From the IMG/VR virus record IMGVR_UViG_3300028832_002790, positions 25,207-89,206 of that record: DNA of 64,000 nt. The stretch is one strand, 5' to 3'. Made by a program: the position numbers and the translations under genes. This stretch comes from a virus (Duplodnaviria > Caudoviricetes). Shown here piece after piece: positions 53,894 to 63,382 of the stretch (position 1 is its first letter; every line of letters starts with the position of its first letter). Under the pieces are notes generated by a model. The model ran no database searches and was not told the origin of the DNA. It saw nothing but the letters and a program-made list of their open reading frames with translations.

Positions 53894-53982
53894 AGAAATA
53901 TTTACTTGACTTTGAGTGGTGTTGTTTGATATGATATCTCCAAAGGGCTTGATTTGATTTTTTTCGTCGATAATTAATTCAA

Positions 53983-54447
53983 ATGGCGACGAAGAAGAAA
54001 AAGATCAAGAAGCCAAAGAAGCCAAATCTCAGGAAATTGACGAAAAAGGCGTTTGCCCTGTGGTCAGAATGCGCGAGATTGGCTCGTGGAGAAAAGTGTG
54101 AGCTATGTGGCATAAAAAACAAGGAGATAAACGAAAAAGGAAAGCCGACAGTGCTGAATGTGCATCATCTGGTGCCTAGGGAAAACAAGGCGCTCAGATT
54201 CGATCTGCACAATGCGTGCGTCCTATGTCGGAATCACCACAAGTATGCGAGAAACAGCGCTCACAAGGGATCGCTTCTGTTCTACGAGTGGTTCAGGGGA
54301 TACAGGCCGGATGATTATGCGTATGTTTTGTCGCACTGCAACGACGATCCGGTCGAAACGGTAGAACAAGTACAGGCCGTGATAGCAGAGCTTGAAGCGA
54401 CCAGAGAAAAGATACTCAACACAAAGAACGATGAACAAGGATTTTAA
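53983..54447 (+). CDS. HNH/NinG-like endonuclease, 154 aa
   Basis: CELCG...VHH...LRFDLHN..VLC..HH. Confidence 0.8.
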   Translation: MATKKKKIKKPKKPNLRKLTKKAFALWSECARLARGEKCELCGIKNKEINEKGKPTVLNVHHLVPRENKALRFDLHNACVLCRNHHKYARNSAHKGSLLFYEWFRGYRPDDYAYVLSHCNDDPVETVEQVQAVIAELEATREKILNTKNDEQGF

Positions 54448-54943
54448 CGAATTTTTCAAGATATTTTTCAAGACGGCGACCGATTGCATGGACAAGTTCG
54501 GCTGCTTCGAAGCGAAGAACGGAGAGGGCGCGGTGGTTTGCGCCAGCTCGAAGTTCATAAAGGGGATTATGACGTATTGTCTCATCAAGGCGGCAGGGGA
54601 AATCTCTCCGAACGATTATGTCTATGCGTCACAGAAGATGATATCCGACATTTTCGACGGAATCGACGAGAAATTTTTCGTTCGGGTCGGAAAATCGAAG
54701 AAGCAGAAGTGCATAAACGCCTTGCTGGCAAAGCACTTTTCTGTGATCTTCCGGGAAATTTCAAAATGTTTTCCGTCGAGGTTGATTTTTATCGGAAATC
54801 AGGTAGGAACGAAAGATTTTGCCGTGTACGCCAAGCAGCAATTCCTCGAAGGCAAGCCGGTCGATGTCAGAAGATTGAAAAAAATTAAAGAAAAGGAGCA
54901 AATCACCGAAAAAGAAGGTGGACAGGAAGACGAAACGAGATAA
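54431..54943 (+). CDS. Hypothetical protein, 170 aa
   Basis: ORF coupled to the HNH gene. Confidence 0.6.
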   Translation: MNKDFNEFFKIFFKTATDCMDKFGCFEAKNGEGAVVCASSKFIKGIMTYCLIKAAGEISPNDYVYASQKMISDIFDGIDEKFFVRVGKSKKQKCINALLAKHFSVIFREISKCFPSRLIFIGNQVGTKDFAVYAKQQFLEGKPVDVRRLKKIKEKEQITEKEGGQEDETR

Positions 54944-54967
54944 ATACAAGAAAGGATTTCAATAAAA

Positions 54968-55351
54968 ATGGGAAAGTTTGAAAGCATAATCGAAGCAAGG
55001 CAGAGACTTTACGAAACCACGGCTGCGCCAGTTGTCCAGAACCAGCAGAACCAGCAGAACCAGCAAAATCAGGAAATAGTTCCCGGACAGCCGCCCGCCC
55101 AGCCAGCAGCCAATGGCGCACCCCCTGCCGCACCGGTCGCAAACGGAGCCCCTCCTGCCGCCCCGGCCGCCCCAGCAGCCCCTGCGGCTCCTGCGGCTCC
55201 TCCGCCAGCCCCCGCACCAAAATACAACAGGGATCAGATTGCGGCAACAAACGACAGAGGTCTGATTGACGCTTACAACACGGCGATCAAGTCACCAAAT
55301 ATGCTGACTCCAGACCAAACAAAGGCGCTCGAACCATACATTGTTAGATAA
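54968..55351 (+). CDS. Low-complexity (QN, PAA repeats) putative internal head protein, 127 aa
   Basis: RLYE leader; TAAATA at 54941-54946. Confidence 0.55.
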   Translation: MGKFESIIEARQRLYETTAAPVVQNQQNQQNQQNQEIVPGQPPAQPAANGAPPAAPVANGAPPAAPAAPAAPAAPAAPPPAPAPKYNRDQIAATNDRGLIDAYNTAIKSPNMLTPDQTKALEPYIVR

Positions 55352-55353
55352 AC

Positions 55354-56103
55354 ATGATTAAAAACACCTTCGGGAAGACAATCAACAGATATTTGACGGA
55401 AGCCGATGTACCTCCGCCTCCTGACGCCGGTGGCGCACCGCCTCCTGACGCCGGTGGCGCTCCGGCTCCCGGCGGAGACGCACCGCCTCCTCCCGATGCT
55501 GGTGGGATGCCAGATATTGGTGGAGGGCTTGGAGGTGGACTCGGCGGCCCCGGAGATCCGATGGGCGGTCCCGGAGGAGATCCGAATGCCGCACAGGGAT
55601 CGACCACGGAAAACGACATCTGTTCCGAAAGATACGTTAGAATCGTTTCATATCTTTGCGAGCTTTATAACGCAAATGTCTCCAGCAGGCCGAAGATGGT
55701 GCTTAACCTCAAGGTCAAGGTCGGCGAGACTTACAATTTGAATGACAAAGAAAACGCAAAGAATGTCTTTTCGTTTATGGTCGACAATCTTTTGAATTCC
55801 GATGTGAAGAAAGAGGTTGAAAAGTCAGTCAAGGCGGCAAGAAAGGCCATCAAGAAGATGAAGGAGGAGGGCAAGCTGGCCGGTAAGACGGCCCACAACT
55901 CGACTTCTCCGTTCATCATCGACGCAACAACCGCCGCATACACCGCCGTTTGCAGCAACGCGCTCGGGGAATCCATACCGGAGATCAACTACGGCATTAC
56001 GAAGGAGTACAGAGTCGATCCAAAGAACGCAAAGGCGGTATTCGACGAAATCAAGTCGAACACCGACCAGATCCAGAAGCTGTCGGAGGTCGAGAACAAA
56101 TGA
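55354..56103 (+). CDS. Protein with PPPDAGG repeats, putative head-associated, 249 aa
   Basis: YLTE-A leader; Pro/Gly repeats. Confidence 0.55.
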   Translation: MIKNTFGKTINRYLTEADVPPPPDAGGAPPPDAGGAPAPGGDAPPPPDAGGMPDIGGGLGGGLGGPGDPMGGPGGDPNAAQGSTTENDICSERYVRIVSYLCELYNANVSSRPKMVLNLKVKVGETYNLNDKENAKNVFSFMVDNLLNSDVKKEVEKSVKAARKAIKKMKEEGKLAGKTAHNSTSPFIIDATTAAYTAVCSNALGESIPEINYGITKEYRVDPKNAKAVFDEIKSNTDQIQKLSEVENK

Positions 56104-56777
56104 AGATAGCATTCTGCGGAGTACCGACCGTCGGAAAAACGGAGCTTGTTCAGGAGATAGTCAAGACTTGGCCGTCTTTCGTCAAGTCCGTCGACAAGGA
56201 TCCGAAACTTTATTGCGAGGAATCGAGATACGATATCGGAAAGCTCGATAAGATAATGGACGAGTTCGTGAACGAGGCCATGTTCGTCGAGGGAAAGAAG
56301 AACGTCGTCCACGACGGGTGCATTTTAGACGCGCTGGCGCACATCTATATGTTTTTTGGTATGCACCCGGAGGGAAATACCGACATCTTGGCCAAGTACC
56401 ACGGTCTGATGTATGCGGCCATCCAGTACTATGATATCATTTTCTATGTTCCATATAGGACAAAGTACAAAAGAGACATCGAGAAGATCACGAAGGAAGA
56501 GTTTCTATATCTGACGAAGCTGGACGAATTCTATTCGGCCATCTTCGACGAATGGAAAAAGACCAACAAGAGCATGTTCCCGTTCACGGCGAAGCTCGGA
56601 TGCCCTCCGATAATCGAAGTGTTCGGAACGACGCTCGAAGACCAGATGTCAATCGTCAAATTGTACATAGATGAAAACGGAGACGCCGTTCCTCCGCAGC
56701 AAAAGACGGCACCCGGCGTTGAAAGAGCCGAGACAATAGACGAGTTGTCTGAAAAAGAACAAGAGAAAAAGGATTAA
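56100..56777 (+). CDS. P-loop nucleotide kinase-like protein (AAA_28/NadR-like), 225 aa
   Basis: MKIAFCGVPTVGKT, HDGCILDA, YDIIFYVP; ATGA-coupled start at 56100. Confidence 0.75.
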   Translation: MKIAFCGVPTVGKTELVQEIVKTWPSFVKSVDKDPKLYCEESRYDIGKLDKIMDEFVNEAMFVEGKKNVVHDGCILDALAHIYMFFGMHPEGNTDILAKYHGLMYAAIQYYDIIFYVPYRTKYKRDIEKITKEEFLYLTKLDEFYSAIFDEWKKTNKSMFPFTAKLGCPPIIEVFGTTLEDQMSIVKLYIDENGDAVPPQQKTAPGVERAETIDELSEKEQEKKD

Positions 56778-56782
56778 CTACC

Positions 56783-57271
56783 ATGAAAGAACAAACAATA
56801 TACGAAAAAGTGTATCTTCGCAAGCTCGACGAGGCTATCGAAGATCAGGGAAGCTCGTTTGACGAGCCCGAGGCTGCCGGACTTCCTCCCGAAACAGGGG
56901 AGGCCGGAATCGAACCCGGAGCCGAACCCGCCCCGGAGGGGATTGTCGGCGCGGACGACGGTGGACGCGCGTTCAACGACCTCAAGTCGTACATGGACAC
57001 GCTTCCTCAGGACGGACAGGTTTCGAACCAGCAGATCATCGACCTAGGAAAGAAGTACGCGGATTACTTCCGCGAGGTCAAGGACACCATCAAGGAGCTT
57101 CAGGAGAAGCAGCTGGCGAACGCATTCGAAGACTGCCTCAGCGTGAAGTTCCTTCCGCTGTCCAAGGCTCTCTCCAACATGATCGACGAGCTTGACGCGG
57201 GCGTCTCGGACAAGGTTCACGAGAAGAACGAGAAGGCCGCAAAGGAAAACGGAGCAGCATTGGAGGTCTAA
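56783..57271 (+). CDS. Acidic putative head-associated protein, 162 aa
   Basis: KLDE-A leader. Confidence 0.55.
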   Translation: MKEQTIYEKVYLRKLDEAIEDQGSSFDEPEAAGLPPETGEAGIEPGAEPAPEGIVGADDGGRAFNDLKSYMDTLPQDGQVSNQQIIDLGKKYADYFREVKDTIKELQEKQLANAFEDCLSVKFLPLSKALSNMIDELDAGVSDKVHEKNEKAAKENGAALEV

Positions 57272-57272
57272 T

Positions 57273-57710
57273 ATGACAAAGGAGGAGCTCAATGATCCGA
57301 CCATAGTTGACATGCTCAACAAGATGGCCGAAGACAGAACCGGAGGCAAACCCCAGATCGACCTTTCGGAGATGGACGCTCAATATACCGACCCCATCGA
57401 CAACAAGTTCGAGATCGACCAGATGATGAACGACCTGATAATGGCCGAATATGTCGACGAGAGCGAGGGAGATCTGATGCGCGGAGGAATCTACATCAAG
57501 CCGGAGATGACCCACGCGCGGGCTTGGAGGACGGCGATCGTAAGAAAGGCCGGGCCGAAAGTCCCGGACAGCATCAAGCCGGGAGTCTACATCAGATTCC
57601 CGTCGGACAAGGGGATACCCAGCATACAGGGCAAGAAGAAGTATATCTTCCTGAACGCCGAAAGGGTGTTCTGCACGATGAAGCTCAAGGCGGAGGAGCC
57701 TGCCAAGTAG
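57273..57710 (+). CDS. GroES-like co-chaperonin (T4 gp31 analogue), 145 aa
   Basis: DLIMAEY...RGGIYI...AIVRKAGP...IKPG..I.F...KYIFLNAERVF; GGAGG SD. Confidence 0.75.
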   Translation: MTKEELNDPTIVDMLNKMAEDRTGGKPQIDLSEMDAQYTDPIDNKFEIDQMMNDLIMAEYVDESEGDLMRGGIYIKPEMTHARAWRTAIVRKAGPKVPDSIKPGVYIRFPSDKGIPSIQGKKKYIFLNAERVFCTMKLKAEEPAK

Positions 57711-57727
57711 TTCCTCGGACTAGCGAC

Positions 57728-57757
57728 AGCACGGGGAATTAGCCCCGTGCTTTTTTT
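57728..57757 (+). terminator. Intrinsic terminator
   Basis: AGCACGGGG/CCCCGTGCT stem plus T7. Confidence 0.88.
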
Positions 57758-57760
57758 GTT

Positions 57761-58576
57761 ATGGCATCATTCATAAATCAGATATCGATGAACAATTCGA
57801 TCCGGTATTGGACGGACAATACCCAGACGCTGGCCAATTTCACCGGAGAATACGGATTTGAAAGGCTTTTGGATTGCGCCATCATCGATTTCGATTATTT
57901 CGAATGGGAGGAGGAGAACAGGGGCGACAAAAGATGGATTCTTGGAACGAGAGACTGGACTTTCATACGAAAGCACCAGAGCGCGCTAAGGTTCCAGCGT
58001 CCGAAGTCGTACAACCCGCCACCTCCCGGAATGATACGGGTCTGGGACATCAACGCCACCAAATGGACGACAATAAAAGCCGATGATTATGGTCGTGTTT
58101 TCGTAAAATCGATCTTTCCGATAACAATGACGCATACTCGTCTGGTAGACGATGAACGCGCCCTACAAAAACATTTCTCCGAAGCGGAACTTTTCAATTT
58201 CAAAGAGGATGTCTTTAATAAGGCTTATGACTTCTTCAGGAAAAAGTCCCCGATAGAGCGAGAAAAGATGAAAGAGGCGATAATCCGCGTATCCTATCTT
58301 CAGGAATACGAGGAAGTGCAGAGAAAACGCAAGAAAATCGAAATCGACAAGCTCATCGACGAGAAGCTTGAGAAGAAGAAAAAGCCGGAAGCATTCAAGC
58401 AGAATCCGGCGAACGACCTGAAGCTCGTAAACGTGAACGAACAGGATCAGCAGCAGGCCCAGTCGATCCAGAACCTTAACATAAGAAACGCGGCGCAGAC
58501 CGACGCGAACGCTACGACTAGGAATTTTCAACAACCACAACAAAAACAGGAAAATGTAATGGAGAATTTCAGATAA
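57761..58576 (+). CDS. Hypothetical protein with an SH3/WYL-like N-terminal region, 271 aa
   Basis: IRVWDI...WTTI pattern; fold guess only. Confidence 0.5.
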   Translation: MASFINQISMNNSIRYWTDNTQTLANFTGEYGFERLLDCAIIDFDYFEWEEENRGDKRWILGTRDWTFIRKHQSALRFQRPKSYNPPPPGMIRVWDINATKWTTIKADDYGRVFVKSIFPITMTHTRLVDDERALQKHFSEAELFNFKEDVFNKAYDFFRKKSPIEREKMKEAIIRVSYLQEYEEVQRKRKKIEIDKLIDEKLEKKKKPEAFKQNPANDLKLVNVNEQDQQQAQSIQNLNIRNAAQTDANATTRNFQQPQQKQENVMENFR

Positions 58577-58926
58577 TGGACAAAATAGAGGCATACGACG
58601 GACGGCAATTATGGCAGATTCTGCCGAGATTCTTTCTGATGAAGCTTGATTTCATAATGGACGACAAGCCATATCGGACGGGAATATTCCAGAACTATAA
58701 AACGGTGTCGGACCAATACAGAATAAAATTCAAAGGCGACACGAGGGTCATGGTTCTTCCGACTCCGTTCGAAATACTGGTAAAAGACGATCTTATGGTG
58801 CTTGACTACAGGGCTTCCACGCTGTTCCACGGCGATGAAAAGCTGATAAATACATTAAAGAGAGTCAAAAAGCAGGATGCTTTCGTGTTTTTTGACAAAC
58901 TGATCAAAGTCAAGGCACATAGATGA
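58576..58926 (+). CDS. Hypothetical protein, 116 aa
   Basis: Coupled ORF. Confidence 0.6.
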   Translation: MDKIEAYDGRQLWQILPRFFLMKLDFIMDDKPYRTGIFQNYKTVSDQYRIKFKGDTRVMVLPTPFEILVKDDLMVLDYRASTLFHGDEKLINTLKRVKKQDAFVFFDKLIKVKAHR

Positions 58927-60074
58927 ACATTTACACGTATCACAAGGACATTCGAACCATTCTGGCGGCGGTCGGAAATGTATTCGGCGGAATGAAGCTC
59001 CAAAGAATGGTCGGCAACGCGGAAAACCCGACGTTCGATGAAATTGTGGTACCCGTTTACTTCTCGCCGAAGACAAGAACGCTCAACGAGCTGGTCAACA
59101 CGGCGAAGCACATCAAGCTTCCCATCATGTCCTACGAGCTGAAGAGCGTCCAGTACGACCCACAGAGGGCATTCAACAAGCAGGACGGATATATCGTCGC
59201 AAACCGCATCGACTGGACGAATACGTCGCACCCGATGCCCACGCCGATAAAGATGTCCATCTCGTCTGCCTTCATATGCAGGTTTCAAGAGGACTATCAT
59301 CAGTATATAACCTGCCTTTTCACCTATTTCGCCCCGTATGTCGAGATCTCGTACAAGCATCCAGACATCGACACCGAGGTCAGATGCCGAATCATATGGG
59401 ACGGCAACGCCAGCATCACGTACCCCGAACAGCTCGGCGGCACGGACGCATACAGATTCGAGGTTGACGCATCGTTCACGGTCGAAAGCTGGCTCTACAA
59501 GAACGACAATGTAAACGCAAATATCATTTACAACATACCGACGACCTTCACCGCTCTGTCCGAATTCAGCAACAGCTTCGAATGGATGCAGAAACAGCAG
59601 GAGATAGATGTCGTGACGGACGCCAGAGTGAAGGAAGGAAGACCGAACGTGTTCTTCACCTCCACGGAAAAGGTGGATGTCGGCAACCCGGACTCCGAGA
59701 TTCTCATAAAGGGGGATATGTTCACCACCGTCACGGACGTGGCGATCGTGGATATGGATCCCACCACCAAGATGTACGATCCGTCGGAGTACAAGCACTA
59801 CGACGTGAACTACTTCGCATACGACGAATATGGCCACCACGACGACAAGACGCACTATGTCCCGTTCGACGGAGTTCCGGCGGCGTTCGAAATCATAGAC
59901 GAGCATCGCCTCATAGTAAAGATCCCGGTGGCCAAGAAGTCCGGCAGATTCGATGTCTATGTCGTCGGCAAATACGGATACGGAAAGCTCTCCGAAGACC
60001 ACGAAAGAGCATATAGAATACACCCGATGAGCAACACCAAGGGAATCGACGGGCAGAAAATTAGCGGAGATTGA
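58923..60074 (+). CDS. 15: Tail terminator/sheath stabiliser (T4 gp15-like) with a C-terminal Ig-like extension, 383 aa
   Basis: EIVVPVYFSPK...LPIMSYE..SVQYDPQR..NK. Confidence 0.75.
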   Translation: MNIYTYHKDIRTILAAVGNVFGGMKLQRMVGNAENPTFDEIVVPVYFSPKTRTLNELVNTAKHIKLPIMSYELKSVQYDPQRAFNKQDGYIVANRIDWTNTSHPMPTPIKMSISSAFICRFQEDYHQYITCLFTYFAPYVEISYKHPDIDTEVRCRIIWDGNASITYPEQLGGTDAYRFEVDASFTVESWLYKNDNVNANIIYNIPTTFTALSEFSNSFEWMQKQQEIDVVTDARVKEGRPNVFFTSTEKVDVGNPDSEILIKGDMFTTVTDVAIVDMDPTTKMYDPSEYKHYDVNYFAYDEYGHHDDKTHYVPFDGVPAAFEIIDEHRLIVKIPVAKKSGRFDVYVVGKYGYGKLSEDHERAYRIHPMSNTKGIDGQKISGD

Positions 60075-60076
60075 CA

Positions 60077-61903
60077 ATGGCAAACACTTCAGGATACAAG
60101 AGAAGCACACAATTCAACAGACAGTCGATGGGATACGCCAACCGCATCCTCAACCGGCTGCCGTGGGGCATCAACATAATGGACAACATAGCGGAGCTCA
60201 ATCCGAAGTTCGAAAGATTCTCCGAATTGATTCCGAGCAGGCAGGACAGACTGTCGAAGATGTCCGTGTTCGACGGGCAGAACTCATACACGGACGTCAT
60301 GTCCACCGGTGCGCTTCTCGGCGATCCGCGCTTTCAGGCTTTCATGTACGCCAGCATCGATCTCGACAAGGGGAGAAGGCTGGCCGAATACCACAACATG
60401 GCTTCGTTCTCGACGGTGAGCGACTGTCTTGACGAAATAGCCGACGAGCTTCTTTTCGAGGCCGAGGACAACCAGTTCGTTAAACTGAAGATATCCGGCA
60501 TCAAGGACAAGCTCGTAAAGCAGGAGATAGAGAAGGAATGGCAGCATTTCGTCGACATCTTCGAGTTCAAGGAGAAAGGTTGGGAGAGATTCCGTAGATT
60601 TTTGATAGAAGGAGAACTATACTTTGAAAACGTTGTTTCAGAAAATAGAAAGGATCTGGGTATCGTTGGGCTTGTGGAGATTCCTACTGAGCTGATCGCC
60701 CCTGTATACGACAATGTTCAGAACAATAAGATAGCCAGCTACATACTTCGCAGGCCGGTGCTGAATCAGAAGACTCAGGAAATCGATCACGAAGATATGA
60801 TAGCGATGGAGAAGAGGCAGATCACATATATCGATTCCGGCCTTCGCAACAACGACGGGACGATCGTTCTGCCGTACATCGAGAACGCCCGCCGCGCATA
60901 TCGCCAGCTGACGATGATGGAGGATTCCCTCGTCATTTATCGTATGACGCGCTCGCCGGAGAAGCTCCTCTTCAAGATCAACACCGGAAACATGTCTCCA
61001 CCGAACGCCGAGGCGTACATCAAACGCCTTATGCAGCAGTTCTGGTCAAGAAAGACCTACGACCCGCACAACGGCAGGCCGACCAGCGTATTCGATCCGC
61101 AGAGCGCCACCGACTCGTTCTGGTTCCCCCTCAGAGACGGCGCTTCCCAGCAGACCGACGTCACGAATCTGACCACGAACGCGAAGTTCGGCGAAATGGA
61201 CGATCTTCTATATTTCCAGCGCCAGCTCTACAACGCCATGCACGTTCCGACACAGAGGCTCAACCCGGAATATGTCGCAAAGGACGGCGCTGAAGCTTCG
61301 GCGGAGGAGGTCCGCTTCGGAAAGTACATCAAGCGCATCCAGCGCAGATTCGCGCTCGGAATGAAGGATACTTTTATGACGCACCTGAAGATGCGCGGAT
61401 TCTGGAAATCCTTCAACCTCCACAGCTACGACTTTGACATCGAGTTCAACGTTTCTTCCATATTCGAGGAGACTCGCAGACAGCAGTATCTCGACCTCTG
61501 CTACAACAACTTCAACCAGATGGCCCAGAACGACGGAATATCCAACACTTGGGCGCAGAAGAAGTACCTTCATTTGACGGACGCCGAGATCAAGGCCAAC
61601 ATCGAATGGAAGAAGATGGACGCCCAGCTCGCTTGGGAGCTACAGAACATCACCCAGAACGGCCCCGGATGGAAGAAGAAGTTCCAGCAGGAGCAAAACA
61701 TGGAGGCCGATCTTATGAACCAGATCTCCGGCGCTGGCGAAGGAACCGGCGTAGAAGGCGCTCCGCCGCCCGATTTGGGCGGTGCCGGGGCTCCTCCGAT
61801 AGAAGGCGGCGGAGCACCCGCCCCTGCCGCCCCAGAGGCCGCTCCGGCCCCTGCCGCCGGGGGAGAGGGCGGTCTTCCGCAACCTCTCGGGCCGCTACAA
61901 TGA
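60077..61903 (+). CDS. 20: Portal protein (T4 gp20), 608 aa
   Basis: DCLDEIADE, MMEDSLVIYRMTRSPEKLLFKINTGNM, FWFP, EEVRF.K.I.RIQ.RF. Confidence 0.95.
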   Translation: MANTSGYKRSTQFNRQSMGYANRILNRLPWGINIMDNIAELNPKFERFSELIPSRQDRLSKMSVFDGQNSYTDVMSTGALLGDPRFQAFMYASIDLDKGRRLAEYHNMASFSTVSDCLDEIADELLFEAEDNQFVKLKISGIKDKLVKQEIEKEWQHFVDIFEFKEKGWERFRRFLIEGELYFENVVSENRKDLGIVGLVEIPTELIAPVYDNVQNNKIASYILRRPVLNQKTQEIDHEDMIAMEKRQITYIDSGLRNNDGTIVLPYIENARRAYRQLTMMEDSLVIYRMTRSPEKLLFKINTGNMSPPNAEAYIKRLMQQFWSRKTYDPHNGRPTSVFDPQSATDSFWFPLRDGASQQTDVTNLTTNAKFGEMDDLLYFQRQLYNAMHVPTQRLNPEYVAKDGAEASAEEVRFGKYIKRIQRRFALGMKDTFMTHLKMRGFWKSFNLHSYDFDIEFNVSSIFEETRRQQYLDLCYNNFNQMAQNDGISNTWAQKKYLHLTDAEIKANIEWKKMDAQLAWELQNITQNGPGWKKKFQQEQNMEADLMNQISGAGEGTGVEGAPPPDLGGAGAPPIEGGGAPAPAAPEAAPAPAAGGEGGLPQPLGPLQ

Positions 61904-62379
61904 CGACAGTCAGGGAAATAAAGGAACGGCAGTATACCCAAGGTAGGTATATCGCAAAAAACCCCAAGAAGTATACGGGGACACAACCGATCTTGTACCG
62001 CTCCCGGCCGGAGTATCTCATTATGCGGTGGATGGACAACAACGACAACATCGTGTCGTGGGGATCGGAAACCGATGTCGTATGGTATCAAAAAAGCGCC
62101 GATCACGGTCGTTCTCACAGGTACTTTCTCGACTTTACCTGTGAGTACAAGAACAAGGACGGAACAATCTCGAAATTATATTTGGAATACAAGCCGAAGA
62201 AGTTCCTGAAGAAGCCGGAACGGACGAAAAGGATGAGTTCAAAAACATATAACTACTTGTGTGAAACTTGGATCACTAATCAGGAAAAGTGGGCTGCTGC
62301 TAGGCAGTACGCTGAAGCGCATAAAGGAAAGTTTATGGTTATTTGCGAAGATTCCATTGGGATTGCAGAGGCTCATTGA
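61900..62379 (+). CDS. 4: Head-completion nuclease (T4 gp4 / TnsA-like), 159 aa
   Basis: QGRY...NPKKY..YRS...WGSE...HRYFLDF...EYKP...NQEKW.AA. Confidence 0.9.
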   Translation: MTTVREIKERQYTQGRYIAKNPKKYTGTQPILYRSRPEYLIMRWMDNNDNIVSWGSETDVVWYQKSADHGRSHRYFLDFTCEYKNKDGTISKLYLEYKPKKFLKKPERTKRMSSKTYNYLCETWITNQEKWAAARQYAEAHKGKFMVICEDSIGIAEAH

Positions 62380-62410
62380 CTTTTTGGCGAAGAAGGATAG
62401 ATGCGTGAAG

Positions 62411-62563
62411 ATGAAGAGATGCAGCGGATGCTCGTCGTTCTTCCTGATTTTCTATTCCGAGGAGTTTGAATCCGGCTTTCGGAAGGTATTTTGCCCCGTG
62501 TGCGGAAAATGGACATATACCTATCTCCCGAAGGCGCATCAGGGCGGCATAAAAGTCCCTTGA
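62411..62563 (+). CDS. Small Zn-ribbon protein, ~50 aa
   Basis: CSGC...CPVCG; start uncertain (TTG 62384 possible). Confidence 0.45.
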   Translation: MKRCSGCSSFFLIFYSEEFESGFRKVFCPVCGKWTYTYLPKAHQGGIKVP

Positions 62564-62597
62564 CTAACGGGGCAAGATGTTGTATCATATGCGCCAT

Positions 62598-62909
62598 ATG
62601 AGCAACACAGAAAAGAAAGAGACGGTAAACCACCCATCTTGGTATAATGCCGGAGGAATTGAGGTTTTGGATATCATCCACGCATTTAAGCTTGGCTTTT
62701 CCGGCGGGAATGTGATAAAATACGTTCTAAGAGCAGGCCATAAGTCGGAAAATACCACCGTAGAAGATTTGCTAAAAGGTGTCATTTATTTAAATGACAT
62801 GATTTTGAACGAAATCGGAGTGAATTTTTCGGATGAAGCGAAAGAAAAGGCGGAAAAAATCATATCGATCTATACAGAACACATGAAAGGAGCACAAAAT
62901 GAGCACTAG
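62598..62909 (+). CDS. DUF3310 (SaV-like) protein, 103 aa
   Basis: VNHPSWY...IE..D...F..GNVIKY..RAG.K...EDL.K; promoter TTGACT-N17-TATCAT (62560-62588). Confidence 0.85.
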   Translation: MSNTEKKETVNHPSWYNAGGIEVLDIIHAFKLGFSGGNVIKYVLRAGHKSENTTVEDLLKGVIYLNDMILNEIGVNFSDEAKEKAEKIISIYTEHMKGAQNEH

Positions 62910-63294
62910 AGGAGAAATCGTAATCGACAACGGGGATACGCACCCGAAATACACCGGAATCTACTGCGGCCACGACAGCTACCTGTCCGGTCTTGGTGAG
63001 GTTCTTGAGAATCACTACACAACGGAGGAAAAGGTACGCGAGCTGATTTCGATGGGGGGAGCGTCCAGCGTTTATTCTACGATCGACGAATGCGATTTCT
63101 ACGCACGAGACGCGGGAGAGGAAATCGAGATCGACAATTTCGAGTCAGACGAGGATCTGAAGAAGGAAGGTCACAACATCTTCTGTGAATACCTGTACCT
63201 TTTCAGGGATGGAAAGTGGCTGGTGTTCGATACGGACGACGACACTTTCATCACATTGGACGAAGCTCGAAAGCGATGGGAATCCGACGACTGA
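62899..63294 (+). CDS. Conserved phage protein, 131 aa
   Basis: MSTRG.I...IYC..DSY...LG..L..HY...EYLYLF..GKW pattern. Confidence 0.7.
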   Translation: MSTRGEIVIDNGDTHPKYTGIYCGHDSYLSGLGEVLENHYTTEEKVRELISMGGASSVYSTIDECDFYARDAGEEIEIDNFESDEDLKKEGHNIFCEYLYLFRDGKWLVFDTDDDTFITLDEARKRWESDD

Positions 63295-63382
63295 CACAAG
63301 TGACAGAAACGCAACATTAGGCCGCCGAAAGGTGGTCTAATGTGCCTTAAAAGTAACATTAGACCCCAAATCATACCACAAC

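Noticed and set aside
55020-55600. Short direct repeats (CAGAACCAG, CCTCCTGACGCCGGTGGCGC) as a CRISPR or regulatory array
   Set aside because: They are in-frame low-complexity coding repeats with no constant repeat/unique spacer pattern. No CRISPR array was seen in the window.
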